Position numbers and translations under genes: made by a program. Shown in pieces: positions 1 through 11,301 of a DNA stretch of 64,000 nucleotides (positions are counted from its first letter, which is position 1; every line of letters starts with the position of its first letter). Origin of the DNA: Octopus vulgaris. Its lineage: Eukaryota. The stretch covers positions 50,530,001-50,594,000 of the forward strand of contig OX597818.1 in assembly GCA_951406725.2 (NCBI GenBank), written 5' to 3'. The notes below the pieces were generated by a model. That model worked only from the letters and a program-made list of their open reading frames with translations. It was not told where the DNA came from and did not search any database.

Positions 1-527
1 ATGTTTCTGTGATCATTTGGTCCTGCACCTTAGTTCAAGTATTTTTAATTTATTTTTCTCATTTTTTTCTTACATTTTTTCTTACACAGTATTTTCGATC
101 CTAAAGCTACAATTGCCATTGGCCACAGTGTGGAGTAATTCCTCTCTCTGTTGAGGCAGCTCATAGAGTTGTATGCCTAGTTTTCAAAACAGAAAATAAA
201 CATAAGAAAGCAGCCTGAAGTGGCGTGTCACATACCTCCTTGTCCACAGGTTGATGTCACAAAATTTAGGACAACGTGAAGGATGTGGCTGAAAACAGTG
301 ACATTCCCCATCTCATTTTTGTGGCACTGGTGACTACCGAAATGATTATAAGCGACACATTTTAGAGAATACTATTGAACACTGTTCACATATATGTAAG
401 TCTTCGATGGATTGCAATCCGTCGTGTCGTGATTTTGGTTAAGAAAACAATGAGATTGGAGGTGTAAGGTGGAAAGTTCAGCCGTTACAGATATGTTCCA
501 AAATACTTGGAAAACAGAAATTACTTT

Positions 528-699
528 AACGTAAGGTGTACTAGCCATCTGAATGTAGCTAGCCACTGGGGGTGGGGTGTTACTGATGCTTTTAACCCCA
601 GGCGACCAACGTCACCAGTGATCGCCAGGGGCTAAAAGCATCAGTAACACCCCACCCCCAGTGGCTAGCCACATTCAGATGGCTAGTACACCTTACGTT
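528..699. repeat. Near-perfect inverted repeat / hairpin (~78-bp arms, ~16-nt loop)
   Basis: AACGTAAGGTGTACTAGCC...TTTTAACCCCAGGCGA is the reverse complement of TCGCCAGGGGCTAAAA...GGCTAGTACACCTTACGTT with 3 mismatches. Confidence 0.95.
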
Positions 700-769
700 G
701 TCGAGCGGTTACTGTTTATATCTCGTTCAGAGATTTATTATAGAAATTACTTTATTGTCTCAAAAGCCG

Positions 770-1077
770 ACTATCAGTGACCCCACAAAGCTGTTCATAA
801 CTAGCATTGCCACTCCTTTCTCTGGAGATGATAGGAAAGAGCGAGACAACGAGGAGAGGCATTAGATGTACGGAAATAAATAAGAAGATGAAAATAAAGA
901 GGGAATCTACAAAAACAAGTTGACTATCAGTGACCCCACAAAGCTGTTCATAACTAGCATTGCCACTCCTTTCTCTGGAGATGATAGGAAAGAGCGAGAC
1001 AACGAGGAGAGGCATTAGATGTACGGAAATAAATAAGAAGATGAAAATAAAGAGGGAATCACTACAAAAACAAGTTG
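770..1077. repeat. Tandem duplication, 2 x ~153 bp
   Basis: GACTATCAGTGACCCCACAAAG...CAAAAACAAGTT occurs twice, nearly identical. Confidence 0.95.
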
Positions 1078-1147
1078 TGGCCTAATGGAAGATAAGTAAA
1101 ATGTATTCCTGAGAAGACTCGATTTTTACGGTCGTTTGTAATATCTT

Positions 1148-1825
1148 ATTTAATTGTATTGTATATCTATAAGCATTCATTTAGATTAGTTTGCGTAATT
1201 AAAAAAAGATCAGTGTTTCAAATACGTCTTAAATATGTTCTATAGGATTGGTGTTGTTTTAATGGTGGGTGATATTTTGCGTTGTGGAGGACGTACTTAT
1301 GTCGTTGGGTTATGAGTTTTGGTATTAGAGCGTTGGAAGGTGGTTAGCTGGTAGAAACGTTAGTACGCCGGGCGAAATGATTAGTGGTATTTCGTCTGCC
1401 GCTACATTCTGAGTTCAAATTCCGCCAAGGAATGGCAGACAGTAGGTCATTTGAAACTCTAACGTAACTAAGGTGGCGATTCTTGGTTTGTCTGCTGATA
1501 CGATGCTCTCATTTCTCACTTGCGTTTTCGTTTTTGTATATTTCATTTAATTGTATTGTATATCTATAAGCATTCATTTAATTATTTTGCGTGATTAAAA
1601 AAAGATCAGTGTTTCAAATACGTCTTAAATATGTTCTATATGATTGGTGTTGTTTTAATGGTGGGTGATATTTTGCGTTGTGGAGGACGTACTTATGTCG
1701 TTGGGTTATGAGTTTTGGTATTAGAGCGTTGGAAGGCGGTTAGCTGGTAGAAACGTTAGCACGCCGGGCGAAATGATTAGCGGTATTTCGTCTGCCGCTA
1801 CATTCTGAGTTCAAATTCCGCCGAG
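1148..1825. repeat. Direct duplication (~280 bp, ~400-bp period) including a SINE 5' half
   Basis: ATTTAATTGTATTGTATATCTATAAGC...GAGTTCAAATTCCGCC at ~1148-1428 and ~1546-1825. Confidence 0.9.
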
Positions 1826-1965
1826 GTCGACTTTGTCTTTCATCTTTTCGGAGTCGATTAAATAAGTACCAGTTACGTACTGGGGTCGATATAATCGGCT
1901 TAGTCCGTTTGTCTGTCCTTGTTTGTCCTCTCTGTGTGTAGCGCCTTGTAGGTAGTAAAGAAATA
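1735..1965 (+). mobile_element. tRNA-derived SINE family A (Meta-type central domain), full length
   Basis: A box TAGCTGGTAGAAACG, B box GAGTTCAAATTCC, core GAGGTCGACTTTG.CTTTCATC.TTTCGG.GTCGAT, tail GTAGTAAAGAAATA; flanking direct repeat GGTATTAGAGCGT. Confidence 0.85.
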
Positions 1966-2016
1966 GGTATTAGAGCGTCGGATATTATGTAAGAGTTTGT
2001 AAGAGCATATTAAGAA

Positions 2017-2225
2017 GGCGACCTGGCAGAACCGTTAGCACGTCGGGCAAAATGCTTAGACGTGTTTCTTCGAACTCTTTATGCTTTAAGTTCAAATTTC
2101 GCCGAGGTTGACTTTTCGTCCTTTCAGGTTTGATAAAATAAGCGCCTGTTGAGCACTGGGGTCGATACAATCCAGCTACTCATTCTCCTTGATTTCGTTG
2201 ACCGTGTTCCAAAAAGTTGAAAACC
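2017..2225 (+). mobile_element. SINE family A, diverged copy
   Basis: GGCGACCTGGCAGAACCGTTAGC head plus central domain. Confidence 0.75.
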
Positions 2226-2679
2226 TTATTTAAGAGGTTTTGATTTGCTTGGTTGATTATGTGTTGTGTGAGTTGTATTATTTTATTACATTATTGCTTA
2301 TTCCCAGATGACTCCCGATCGAGCAGACATACAATCAAGGCCTTTCTAGCAATGACCATCCCGTCCTTTTAGGATTACGCGACATTGCATTATTTAATAT
2401 AGCCTTTCTTAATATAATTTCACTGCAGGCTGTTCCGTTGATTCGGATCAACCGGAACCCTCGTCGTCGTAACCGACGGAGTGCTTCCATCCACCATCTA
2501 TAATTGTGATTTAAGAGAAATTTAGATACTATTTCTCGCAGGTTAAGCAATCACGTGTGGCGATTATATAAAGTGTGATTTTATATTATTGAGTATTTTT
2601 ACTTTTTGTCTGTGTTATAAAGTTATGATTCTTGGTATGGTTTTTTATATCTTTGTTAATTTTTTTATCATACTGTTGT

Positions 2680-2983
2680 TGATTGTTACTTCTCAAGCCA
2701 TGCCTGGCTCATAAGGGCCGGTTTCCCGGTTTCCTTAGCGTATAGGTTCCCCACCTGGACGGGACGCCGGTCCGTCGCAGGTGAGCTGCATGATGCAGGA
2801 GGAAAGAGTGAGAGAAAGTTGTGACGAAAGAGCCAGCAGAAGTTCGCCATTACTTTCTGCTAGAGCCGCGTGGAGCTTAGGTGTTTCGCTCATAAACACA
2901 CACATCGCCCGGTCTGAGATTCGATCCCGCGATCCCTCGACCGCGAGTCTGCTGCTCTAACCACTAGGCCATGTGCCTCCACT
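2680..2983 (-). mobile_element. tRNA-derived SINE family C (V-domain-like)
   Basis: Minus-strand head GTGGAGGCACATGGCCTAGTGGTTAGAGCAGC; CCTGCGACGGACCGGCGTCCCGTCCAGG segment; paralog at 6769-7080. Confidence 0.8.
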
Positions 2984-3019
2984 TTATCATACTGAGCATT
3001 CCAGTTATTATTACGACTG

Positions 3020-3215
3020 TTTCAAAGTCAGCGAACCGACAGAATCATTACCGCGCCGGAAAAGTGCTCAGTGACATTTCTCCCGGCTCTTTACACCCTG
3101 GATTCAAATGCCGCCGAGGTAGACTTTGCCTTTCATTCTTTAGGAGTTGATAAAATAAGAACCACTCATATAATGTGGTCGACGTAATTAACTCGCTTCC
3201 TCCCCACAAAATTGT
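3020..3215 (+). mobile_element. SINE family A, old copy
   Basis: GATTCAAATGCCGCCGAGGTAGACTTTGCCTTTCATTC. Confidence 0.7.
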
Positions 3216-3669
3216 TTATATTTTCTTACCTCCATATGATGGGTTTCAGTTTTAAAATCCTATTTTCAAAGTTTTTCTGCCTCATTTTGGGCGTTGTCTT
3301 TGTCAAAAAGTGTCGAAATATCTATCAGTGTAAAGATATTTTCATTTCAATTCTTGATAATTTTATTTCGATGCTGGTTTACCTTGATTTATTTCTCATG
3401 GACAGATGAGTGTGGTAAAGTCGTTGCTAAGCATCATGTTTGGTAAGTGTTTATATCCCTTATCCGTTTTCATGTTGATGTGTAGGCATTTTGCCCATTG
3501 CAGATAGCTGCTCACTCGATCATGACTGCGAATATACTTAGACTTGGCAAGGTCCGGTCAACAATTATTGTTATTATTGAACATACAGGTTGTCTGGCGT
3601 GTGTCAACATCGCTCCCAAATTCTGTTGCCAATGAAGGTGGATCACTGTTTATGTGCGTTTTAGTGGGG

Positions 3670-3707
<38 letters not shown>

Positions 3708-4769
3708 TATATGCTTATGTGCTTCTGTGTGTATGTTTGTGCGTGTGTTTCTGTATTTGTATGCTTATATAATCACTAAAAACAATCATCATTATTTTCT
3801 GTGCTAGTCTCTGGTTCTTGAACATATTACGCCGTTTCCATAGACTGAGTCTTCGTTTTCAGATGATAAAGATACGCCATGGTTTATCTCCAGTCACCCG
3901 ATAAAAATAAACATATTGAAATAAACATAATCTTGAAGCTGTGAATCAAGTTTATTATAATAAACTAATATATCATCTTTATCTATCAATTACAATTAAT
4001 ATACCATTATCATTATCTATCGGTTACATCGGGCACGATGACAAGCAATGACACATATCCCATTCTATTATCAGAATGCTAAATTTATCAGCAATAGCGG
4101 TACCAATATCCTTCATGTTTTAGAATGAGCCCAAGTCCATCCTTCTTTGATTCAGTTTCCAAGCGGTGACTTAACAACTAATGGCTGTCTCAGACAATGC
4201 CCCAGTGCTCCAGTGCCCCACAAGTTGCACCCGTCTTCTTGTTTATATTTTGAAGTTCTCAATATACTAGAGCCAAAATCTATTAAATATTAATAACTAC
4301 TTCATTATGGTCCAGCTGCGAGCGATTGTTGATGATTATAGCAGTAAACATGAACAACATATCATTGAATTCATCGCCTGTAGATCCGCCTTTTAGTGAA
4401 ATACAGAAAGAGCAGCTCAGTAGATATTAACGCAGATGTTTCTTCGTTATTATTTAAGATACATCTTTTCCTTTTCTGTCTTAAGAAAGTATAAATAGAT
4501 ATACTTCGTTGGATACATTTTTGTTTATCTTGTTTCCCTTTAGATTTAAAATTAAGAGTTTTCGTGACATCGAGAACATTGACTTACACTTTGGGTTGAT
4601 AAACTAGTCAAATACGTCTGGGATTACATTAAAGAAATGACAAACAATTGCTCAATCTACATGGTCGATCGATTTTCTAGAAATATTTGCCAAATTACAG
4701 TGGCGAACTGATAGAGTCACTAGAGCATGGAATAAAAAAAACCACTTTGCAATATTTACTCCAGCTCTC

Positions 4770-4985
4770 AGGAGGCAGGCTGTCAGAATCGTTAGCATGT
4801 CGGACAAAATGCTTAGCGGCATTTCGTCCGACTTCACGTTCTGATATCAAATGGCGCCGAGGTTGACTTTACCTTTCATCCTTTCGCAGTCGATAACATA
4901 AGTAGCAGTTGAACACTGGATCGATGTAATTGACTTAGCGCCTCTCCTGAAATTGCTGGCCTTGTGTCAAAATCTGAAACTAATA
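4770..4985 (+). mobile_element. SINE family A, old copy
   Basis: GCTGTCAGAATCGTTAGC head; GAGGTTGACTTTACCTTTCATCCTTTCG core. Confidence 0.75.
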
Positions 4986-5161
4986 TTTGTTCCAGCTTTA
5001 TACACACGGAGTTTAAAACTCCCCAAGGTCAATTTTTGCCTTTCATCCTCTCAGAATCTACGAAACGGAATGCCAACTGAGGATTTGTGGAATTATCGGA
5101 TAAGTGTAACTTGAGGTAATTGTTTCACTGCTCTGAGTTTTGGTTTCTTGGACAGTCCTTT

Positions 5162-5304
5162 TCATCCGTCACTTTGTTTAACATCGCTACCTGGTCCATG
5201 GATCCCTTTCATGAAATTCATTCTGCTGCATGATCTATACCTTGCCTTCGGTTCCTCCGGTTCGAGGAAGAATTCCTCCTTTTCTCCCATCAGTTCAGGA
5301 GACA
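5162..5304 (-). CDS. Putative terminal coding exon (..SPELMGEKEEFFLEPEEPKARYRSCSRMNFMKGIHGPGSDVKQSDG*) of a candidate small secreted protein
   Basis: Minus-strand acceptor TTTTATGTTTTAG; the only frame that stays open is phase 1; non-repetitive sequence. Confidence 0.35.
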
Positions 5305-5669
5305 CTAAAACATAAAAGGTCATAAGCACTGCTCTTCTTTTCCTGACTAAATGGTAAAGAATTCCCGTTCAGTTCGCAATCTACTGATTTAAAAACAGAA
5401 CGAAAGAAAACGTTTGGAAAATATAGTCTTAGAAATAAAAAAATAAAAGACGGGATGAAAGACTTTTGCTAATAAGTGTGTTACTCGATCAAGGCTGACG
5501 ATATATTAATGTTGCTATGGCAATTTTAATAATTAATGAAATTACTTAGACAACATCCTATTGGCCAAGGTTCAGTTAGTTTTAACATATTTAATGCAGA
5601 GAACAACCATCAGCTAACTACTAAGAGTAATTAAGAAACAAAACAATATTAGTGTCCGATTAATATTAG

Positions 5670-6650
5670 TTTGAAATCTTGGCCCAAGACCAGCGATTTC
5701 GGTGGAGAGTGGATATGTCGATTACATTGATCCCAGAGTTCAACTGGTACTCATGTTATCGACACTCCCGGAAGGATAAAAGAATAAACAGCCTCGGGGG
5801 AATTTGAACTCAGAACGCGAAGAACGACGAAATACCGATAAACAATTTGCTCGGAGTGCTAACAATTCCGCCAGCTCGCCGCTTTATATTCGCACAAAAT
5901 TTTACCAACATTAATCTCGCAACATGTCCAAACATAATTTAGCTAATTTCCTTAAATCAAATATTTCTATACTAGTAATATCTCATGACATCTACTTTAC
6001 TTAATATTATCTCGTTTACTTAATATTACTTAATTTACAAAGTGTACACATTATTACTCAGTAATAATACTTAATTTGCCAAGTGTTTATCCAATATCAT
6101 CCGACATCACACAATTTACGTAATGTTACGTAACGTCACGCAACGCCATTATTCTCGTTTACTTTATGCGATGCGTTCGTTTCTAATATTGGTTTCAAGT
6201 TTTGGCACAAGGCCAGCAATTTCGTGGGAGGGAGTAAATTGATTACATCGACCCCCCAGTGTTCAAATGGTTCTTATTTTCTCGATCCGAAATGGACGAA
6301 GAGCAATGTCGTCCTCAACAGTATTTGAACTCAGATCGTGAAGATGGATGAAAAGCCGCTAGGCATTTTGCCCGGTGTTCTAACGATGCTGCTAGATCGT
6401 CGCCTCGGCCATGTACCAATATCAGAAACTAATGTAAGACAGCGAGCTGTCAGACTCGTTAGCACAATGGGTAAAAAGCTTAACGGCGTTTCGTCTGTTT
6501 TCATGATCTGAGTTCAAATTCCGCCGAGTTCGACTTTGCCTTTTCAACCTTTCGGAGTCGATAAGATAATTACCTCTTAAGTACTGGTATCAATCTAGTC
6601 GACTTACTTGCCTCAAAATGACTAGCCTTGTGCCGACATTTGAAACCAAT
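5670..6650. mobile_element. Cluster of three old SINE family A copies (~5670-5885 -, ~6190-6405 -, ~6440-6650 +)
   Basis: TTTGAACTCAGA / CTGAGTTCAAATTCCGCCGAG B boxes and central domains. Confidence 0.75.
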
Positions 6651-6768
6651 ATTGGTATATGGTCACACGTCATGGAGGTTGTGTATAATCGATTATATCA
6701 GCCTCAGTATATGACTAGTATTTATTTTATCGATTCCTAAGCGTTTACGAGTAAATCGACTACAGCAA

Positions 6769-7080
6769 AGTGGAGGCACATGGCCTAGTGGTTAGAGCAG
6801 CGGACTCGCGGTCGAGGGATCGCAGGTTCCAATCTCAGACCGGGCGATGTATGTGTGTTTATGAGCGAAACACCTAAGCTCCGCGCGTCTCCGGCACAAG
6901 GTAATGACTAACTTCTGCTGACACTTTCGCCTTAATATTCTATCATTCTTTCCTTCTGCATCTAGCAGCTCACCTGCGACGAACCGGTGTGCCGTCCAGG
7001 TGGGGAACCTATACGCCGATGAAACCGGGAGACCGGCCCTAATGAGCCTGGCATGACTCGGGAAGGAACAAGCAACAATT
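6769..7080 (+). mobile_element. SINE family C
   Basis: GTGGAGGCACATGGCCTAGTGGTTAGAGCAGCGGACTCGCGG head; colinear with 2680-2983. Confidence 0.8.
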
Positions 7081-7231
7081 TCCACAACATGATTTATTTG
7101 TCACTTCACCGATTCTATCAATTCACCAGCCTCATTGGTTTCTCATTATATGTATAAGTGCAGAATAAACTGTGTGGTTAAGAAGTCAGTGTTTTCTAAT
7201 ATTATTCAGAACTGACCAAAGCTTATATATA

Positions 7232-7480
7232 TAGGGAGAATTCACAAAAAGCGAAAGACGAAGACAGGTGGTGTAGAAAACAAACAGATGTATTAGTATA
7301 ACGCTCGGGAATTGAAAAAAGTCTTTAACGTTTCGAGCCTAAGCTCTTCCACAGAAAGGAACAAAGAAAGATCAAAGAGAGAAAAAAATGTGTCTAGTGG
7401 TTAGCGATCTATCATGGCGAATGCCGAACAGAAGGGTAAACGACAAAAGGAAAGAACAGAAAGAACAGGAAAGTTTAGAA
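7232..7480 (-). mobile_element. Penelope pLTR-like fragment with minimal HHR-like motif (7323-7358)
   Basis: Minus strand CTTT-CTGTGGA-A-GAGC TTAG GCTC-GAAA-CG-TT-AAAG; paralogs at 25245 and 27410. Confidence 0.65.
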
Positions 7481-7482
7481 AG

Positions 7483-7484
<2 letters not shown>

Positions 7485-7537
<53 letters not shown>

Positions 7538-7538
7538 G

Positions 7539-7578
<40 letters not shown>

Positions 7579-7580
7579 GA

Positions 7581-7611
<31 letters not shown>

Positions 7612-7678
7612 AAGAAGAAGAAGAAGAAGAAGAAGAAGAAGAAGAAGAAGAAGAAGAAGAAGAAGAAGAAGAAGAAGA
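7485..7678. repeat. Compound microsatellite (AAT)n-(AAG)n
   Basis: Directly visible. Confidence 0.98.
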
Positions 7679-7970
7679 ATCGTTTTACGTAAAGTTCAAA
7701 AAGTTCAAAGGCTTCAGACGTTGTAGTGTATTGGAGTGATTTTTCATCAACAGAAGAGTCCTAGACAGAAAGTATGGGGGTTTAGTTCACGATTAGGTAT
7801 GCTAGATAAGTGCTGTAACGGATTACTGGGGCTCCAAGGTTATAACCGAGACGATAGTTATGGAACCATTGTAGATTTCCGATGCTGCGGATACATAATT
7901 GTTAAACAGGATGTCAAACTTTAAGGCAAGGCAAACATCTCAAGTCATATACGATAGGAAGACTTTCAAA

Positions 7971-8026
7971 ATCTTACAGCTGTTCCTGGGATATCCTCGA
8001 GTATGAGATATTCCATCATCAGAGAC
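7971..8026 (-). ncRNA. Type-I hammerhead ribozyme motif (GAAA changed to GGAA, probably impaired)
   Basis: Minus strand GTCT-CTGATGA-TGGAATAT..ATATCCCA-GGAA-CAGCTG-TA-AGAT. Confidence 0.65.
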
Positions 8027-8158
8027 AAATTGAGGAGAATATATGGAAAATGAAAATGGTATATTTCAGTAAGATGATAACATAGATGAAGGAAATGAGT
8101 TGTTATCATCTTATTAATATATAGCATGCTCATTTTCCATATCCCCCACCCCCAATTT

Positions 8159-8214
8159 GTCTCTGATGACGGAATATTCCATACTCGAGGATATTCCAGA
8201 AACAGCAGTAAGAT
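8159..8214 (+). ncRNA. Type-I hammerhead ribozyme motif, intact core
   Basis: GTCT-CTGATGA-CGGAATAT..ATATTCCA-GAAA-CAGCAG-TA-AGAT. Confidence 0.75.
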
Positions 8215-8239
8215 TTTGAATTTCTTCCTGTAATGATAT

Positions 8240-8289
<50 letters not shown>

Positions 8290-8292
<3 letters not shown>

Positions 8293-8500
8293 AAAAAAAG
8301 TCAAGATAGAAAATGTTTAAATAATTTTATAAAAAACATTTCAGTACCGGTTTCAGGCATTGATATTTTTTCAACTATAAGTATGGAAAACAATTAAATT
8401 TTGGAAAAATTAAAAGAACATTTTTTTAAAAAGAATATTTGCATAATGTTCAAATACAAGTGGTATTTTCCTTGTTTCTGCCTGTCTCTGTCCCATTCTC
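8290..8500 (-). mobile_element. Penelope pLTR-like fragment (same family as 22997-23465) with degenerate UUGAAAA hammerhead
   Basis: Colinear with 22997-23200; minus strand TAGTTGAAAAAATATCAATGCCTGAAACCGGTACTG. Confidence 0.65.
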
Positions 8501-8519
8501 TACATACATATATATTAGC

Positions 8520-8715
8520 TGTGTGTGTGTTTCTTTAATCTCTACCCCTTGATAACTGGTGTTATTTTTTTAGTCTCCGTAACTTAGTGGTTCGACAAAA
8601 TAGTTTCAATAAAATAATTACCAAACTAAAAAATAAGTAATGGGTACGATTTGAATGACTAGACCTCTTCAAGGCGGTGTCCCAGCACGGCCGCAATCCA
8701 ATGACTGAATCAACT
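8520..8715 (+). mobile_element. SINE family B, 3' part
   Basis: CGTAACTTAGTGGTTCG...GGCGGTGTCCCAGCACGGCCGCA..AATGACTGAA tail. Confidence 0.7.
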
Positions 8716-9209
8716 ATATAACTATATAACACAAATTCAATGTCCTTTACTCTATATTTGGAAACTAACGATAGAGGGCACCGTGACACTAACAAAGGTA
8801 CTTAGCGCTCAATGATACCCTTGGTTACCCATATGTTAACGGAGTATATATATATGCCCCGTGAGACTGACATGTCAAATTCCCATCTAACTTACGATGC
8901 TAAGTTTAAACCATTCAGCAGATAAGGCGATGGAGATATTCTTCCGACAGTACTTTATTCTTTTCTACCATTCCGTGATGTTGAATTCTTCTGGGGATCG
9001 CAAAACTAATTAATTGTTATTCTATGCCAAACTATACAGTTTCATCATCGACAACATCCTCGCAGCCAGCCAATCAAGTTCCAATCAAATCAGATGCTGA
9101 CAAAGTTATCCATCCATCCATCTATACATACATACAACCAGTCAGCCCGACACACACACACACACAAACAGGTATGTATTTATATATGTATTCATGCATG
9201 CATGTATGC

Positions 9210-9372
9210 ATACCTACCAACCAACCAACCTACCTACCTACCTACATACCTACCTACCTACCTACCTACCTACCTACCTACCTACCTACCTACCTGCCTA
9301 CCTACCTACATACATACCTACCTACCTTCCTTCCTACCGATACCTACTTACCTGTCTTTCTATCTATCTATC

Positions 9373-9442
<70 letters not shown>

Positions 9443-9533
9443 TTATCTATCTATCTGTCTATCTATCTGTCTATCTGTCTATCTATCTGTCTGTCTGTCT
9501 ATCTATCTATCTGTCTGTCTATCTATCTGTCTG

Positions 9534-9588
<55 letters not shown>
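9210..9588. repeat. (TACC)n / (TATC)n / (TGTC)n microsatellite
   Basis: Directly visible. Confidence 0.98.
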
Positions 9589-9589
<1 letters not shown>

Positions 9590-9590
9590 A

Positions 9591-10990
9591 GGATGCATCC
9601 CGATGGTCAGGCGATCCATTTGCTGTCAACACCCGTTAAAAGGAGAGCTGGGCATGCCGTGGTTGATGATGCGCAGACACGCGCTGAGACTGTGACATCT
9701 CTGGCTCTATGTAGACGACGGTGAACAGGTGTGGTCGCCGTTTGTGAGGCACGCTTTCCCGCAGCTCGTCTCCATGACCGAACTGCAGTCGTTGATCAAA
9801 AAGAAGCCGAGGAAGGGCGAATGGCACCGCGAGTGTCGCGTTGCTCTCAAGCAACTCTGCCGTCCTGGGTCGACCTTGAGTGACTTCAACACAACCAAAG
9901 CATTCTATAGGGGATTAGTGGAGGGGAGGTACGACGACGAGCTCGGGGCGAACCTGGACGTCGACGAGGAGTACCTGACCCGCCTGTTCAGGACGACCTT
10001 CGGGCCAGGGCCCATGGACAACTTTCAGAGATCCCTGGCCTGGCAGTGTTACTGAGAAGCGCTATCCGTTCGGGATAAGCTCTACAGACACGGCTCGAGA
10101 AACACGGGGCCGACCTGTCCGAGATACGGTCAGAGCGACGAAACCGTTCTGCACCAACTCGTGCAGTGTCCAACAATTTCCGACCTGTGGGCTTGTGTCG
10201 AACAACTGCTGTCACGTGTGGGACGAGTCGGTTTTTCAGCTGAGTCTATCGTCAATATTGTCACGCCTCCTTCCTTCAAACGGGAAGGAAGAGCTATTTT
10301 CATCATCCTTGTGGCTATGGCGAAAGAATGTATCTGGTGGACGCGTCTGAAAAGATTGGAGACAGACACTTTCCTCTCTGGTCAATCTCTCATCAACTTC
10401 TTCAAGTACCACTTGAAAAGGAAAGTGAGAGTAGAGAGGCAAGTTTTGTCTAGCGAATGTTTTAAAAAAAGATGGGTGAATGTAGCAAGGATGGCACGTA
10501 TGAATGACGAAGCCACCTTGAGCATAATCCTATGAACCCAGAAATTGAAAACAGAGGGTTACCCACTTGCAAACAAATGTGGTAACATATAACAATATTG
10601 ACCAAGGTTACCGTGGTCTTTTTCGTAGGCTTGTCTTCCCACGGATAAACCTTACTTGCTTTCCCCTTTACACCATATATCATAACACTGTGATACACGA
10701 TCCCTATTGATCGTTCCTTTTTTTTTCTTTCCTCTTCCCCTTTTTTTCCCTTTTTTCTTCTTTTTTCATTTCTCTTTTCTTTTGTTCCTTTCCCTTTCTT
10801 TTTTTTTCTTTTATTCTTTTTATTTTTTATTCTATTTTTTTCTTTTTTTCTTTTTTTTGTTCTTTTCTTCCCTTTTACGATCCCTCTTGATCGAAAACCT
10901 ACGCCACCCCCTTTTTTTCATCCCCCAAAAGAAAACTCTACCTTGTAACTTGTTCCATCTGTGTGCAGCCCTGTGTGGCCAATAAAGAAA
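9591..10990 (+). mobile_element. 5'-truncated Tx1/L1-clade LINE (ORF2 C-terminal zinc-knuckle region, disrupted) plus 3' UTR
   Basis: LAWQCY*EALSVRDKL...TCPRYGQSDETVLHQLVQCPTISDLW...AKECIWWTR (zf-RVT-like); ends GGCCAATAAAGAAAC; paralog at 32600-33395. Confidence 0.85.
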
Positions 10991-11078
10991 CTTATCTATC
11001 AGTCAGTCTATTTATCTGTCTATCTATCTATCTATCTATCTATCTAGAATTTTTCTTTTGCCCTTATTTAATAAGTTA

Positions 11079-11154
<76 letters not shown>

Positions 11155-11185
11155 AGTCTGTCTATCTATCTGTCTATCTGTCTGT

Positions 11186-11301
11186 CTTACGCCACCTTTT
11201 TTTTGTTTCTTTTGTTTTTGGTTTTTTCATCCCCCAAAAGAAAAGCTCTACCTTGTAATTTGTCCCATCTGTGTTTAGCCCTGTGTGGCCAATAAAGAAA
11301 C
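11186..11301 (+). mobile_element. Second copy of the Tx1-like LINE 3' terminus
   Basis: TACGCCACC...CTCTACCTTGTAA...GCCCTGTGTGGCCAATAAAGAAACTTATCTATC repeated. Confidence 0.85.

Larger units (their letters stand above)
7956..8229. mobile_element. Rod-like fold-back element with one type-I hammerhead per strand
   Basis: Long terminal inverted repeat plus internal inverted segments; related element at 63132-63459. Confidence 0.75.

Noticed and set aside
541-660. Hammerhead in the 528-699 hairpin (ACTGATGC)
   Set aside because: No CUGANGA plus GAAA arrangement
6769-6850. tRNA-like sequences at SINE heads
   Set aside because: They continue into SINE bodies and lack a full cloverleaf; not tRNA genes
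7388-7726. ORFs with poly-I/R and poly-N/K
   Set aside because: Read-through of (AAT)n(AAG)n microsatellite
8896-9010. Possible minus-strand exon with GTAAGT donor
   Set aside because: In-frame stops for a phase 1-1 exon
9024-9724. Long YLPT/YLSI ORFs, and all YI/VC/HT-repeat ORFs in the window
   Set aside because: Stop-free microsatellite frames, not proteins
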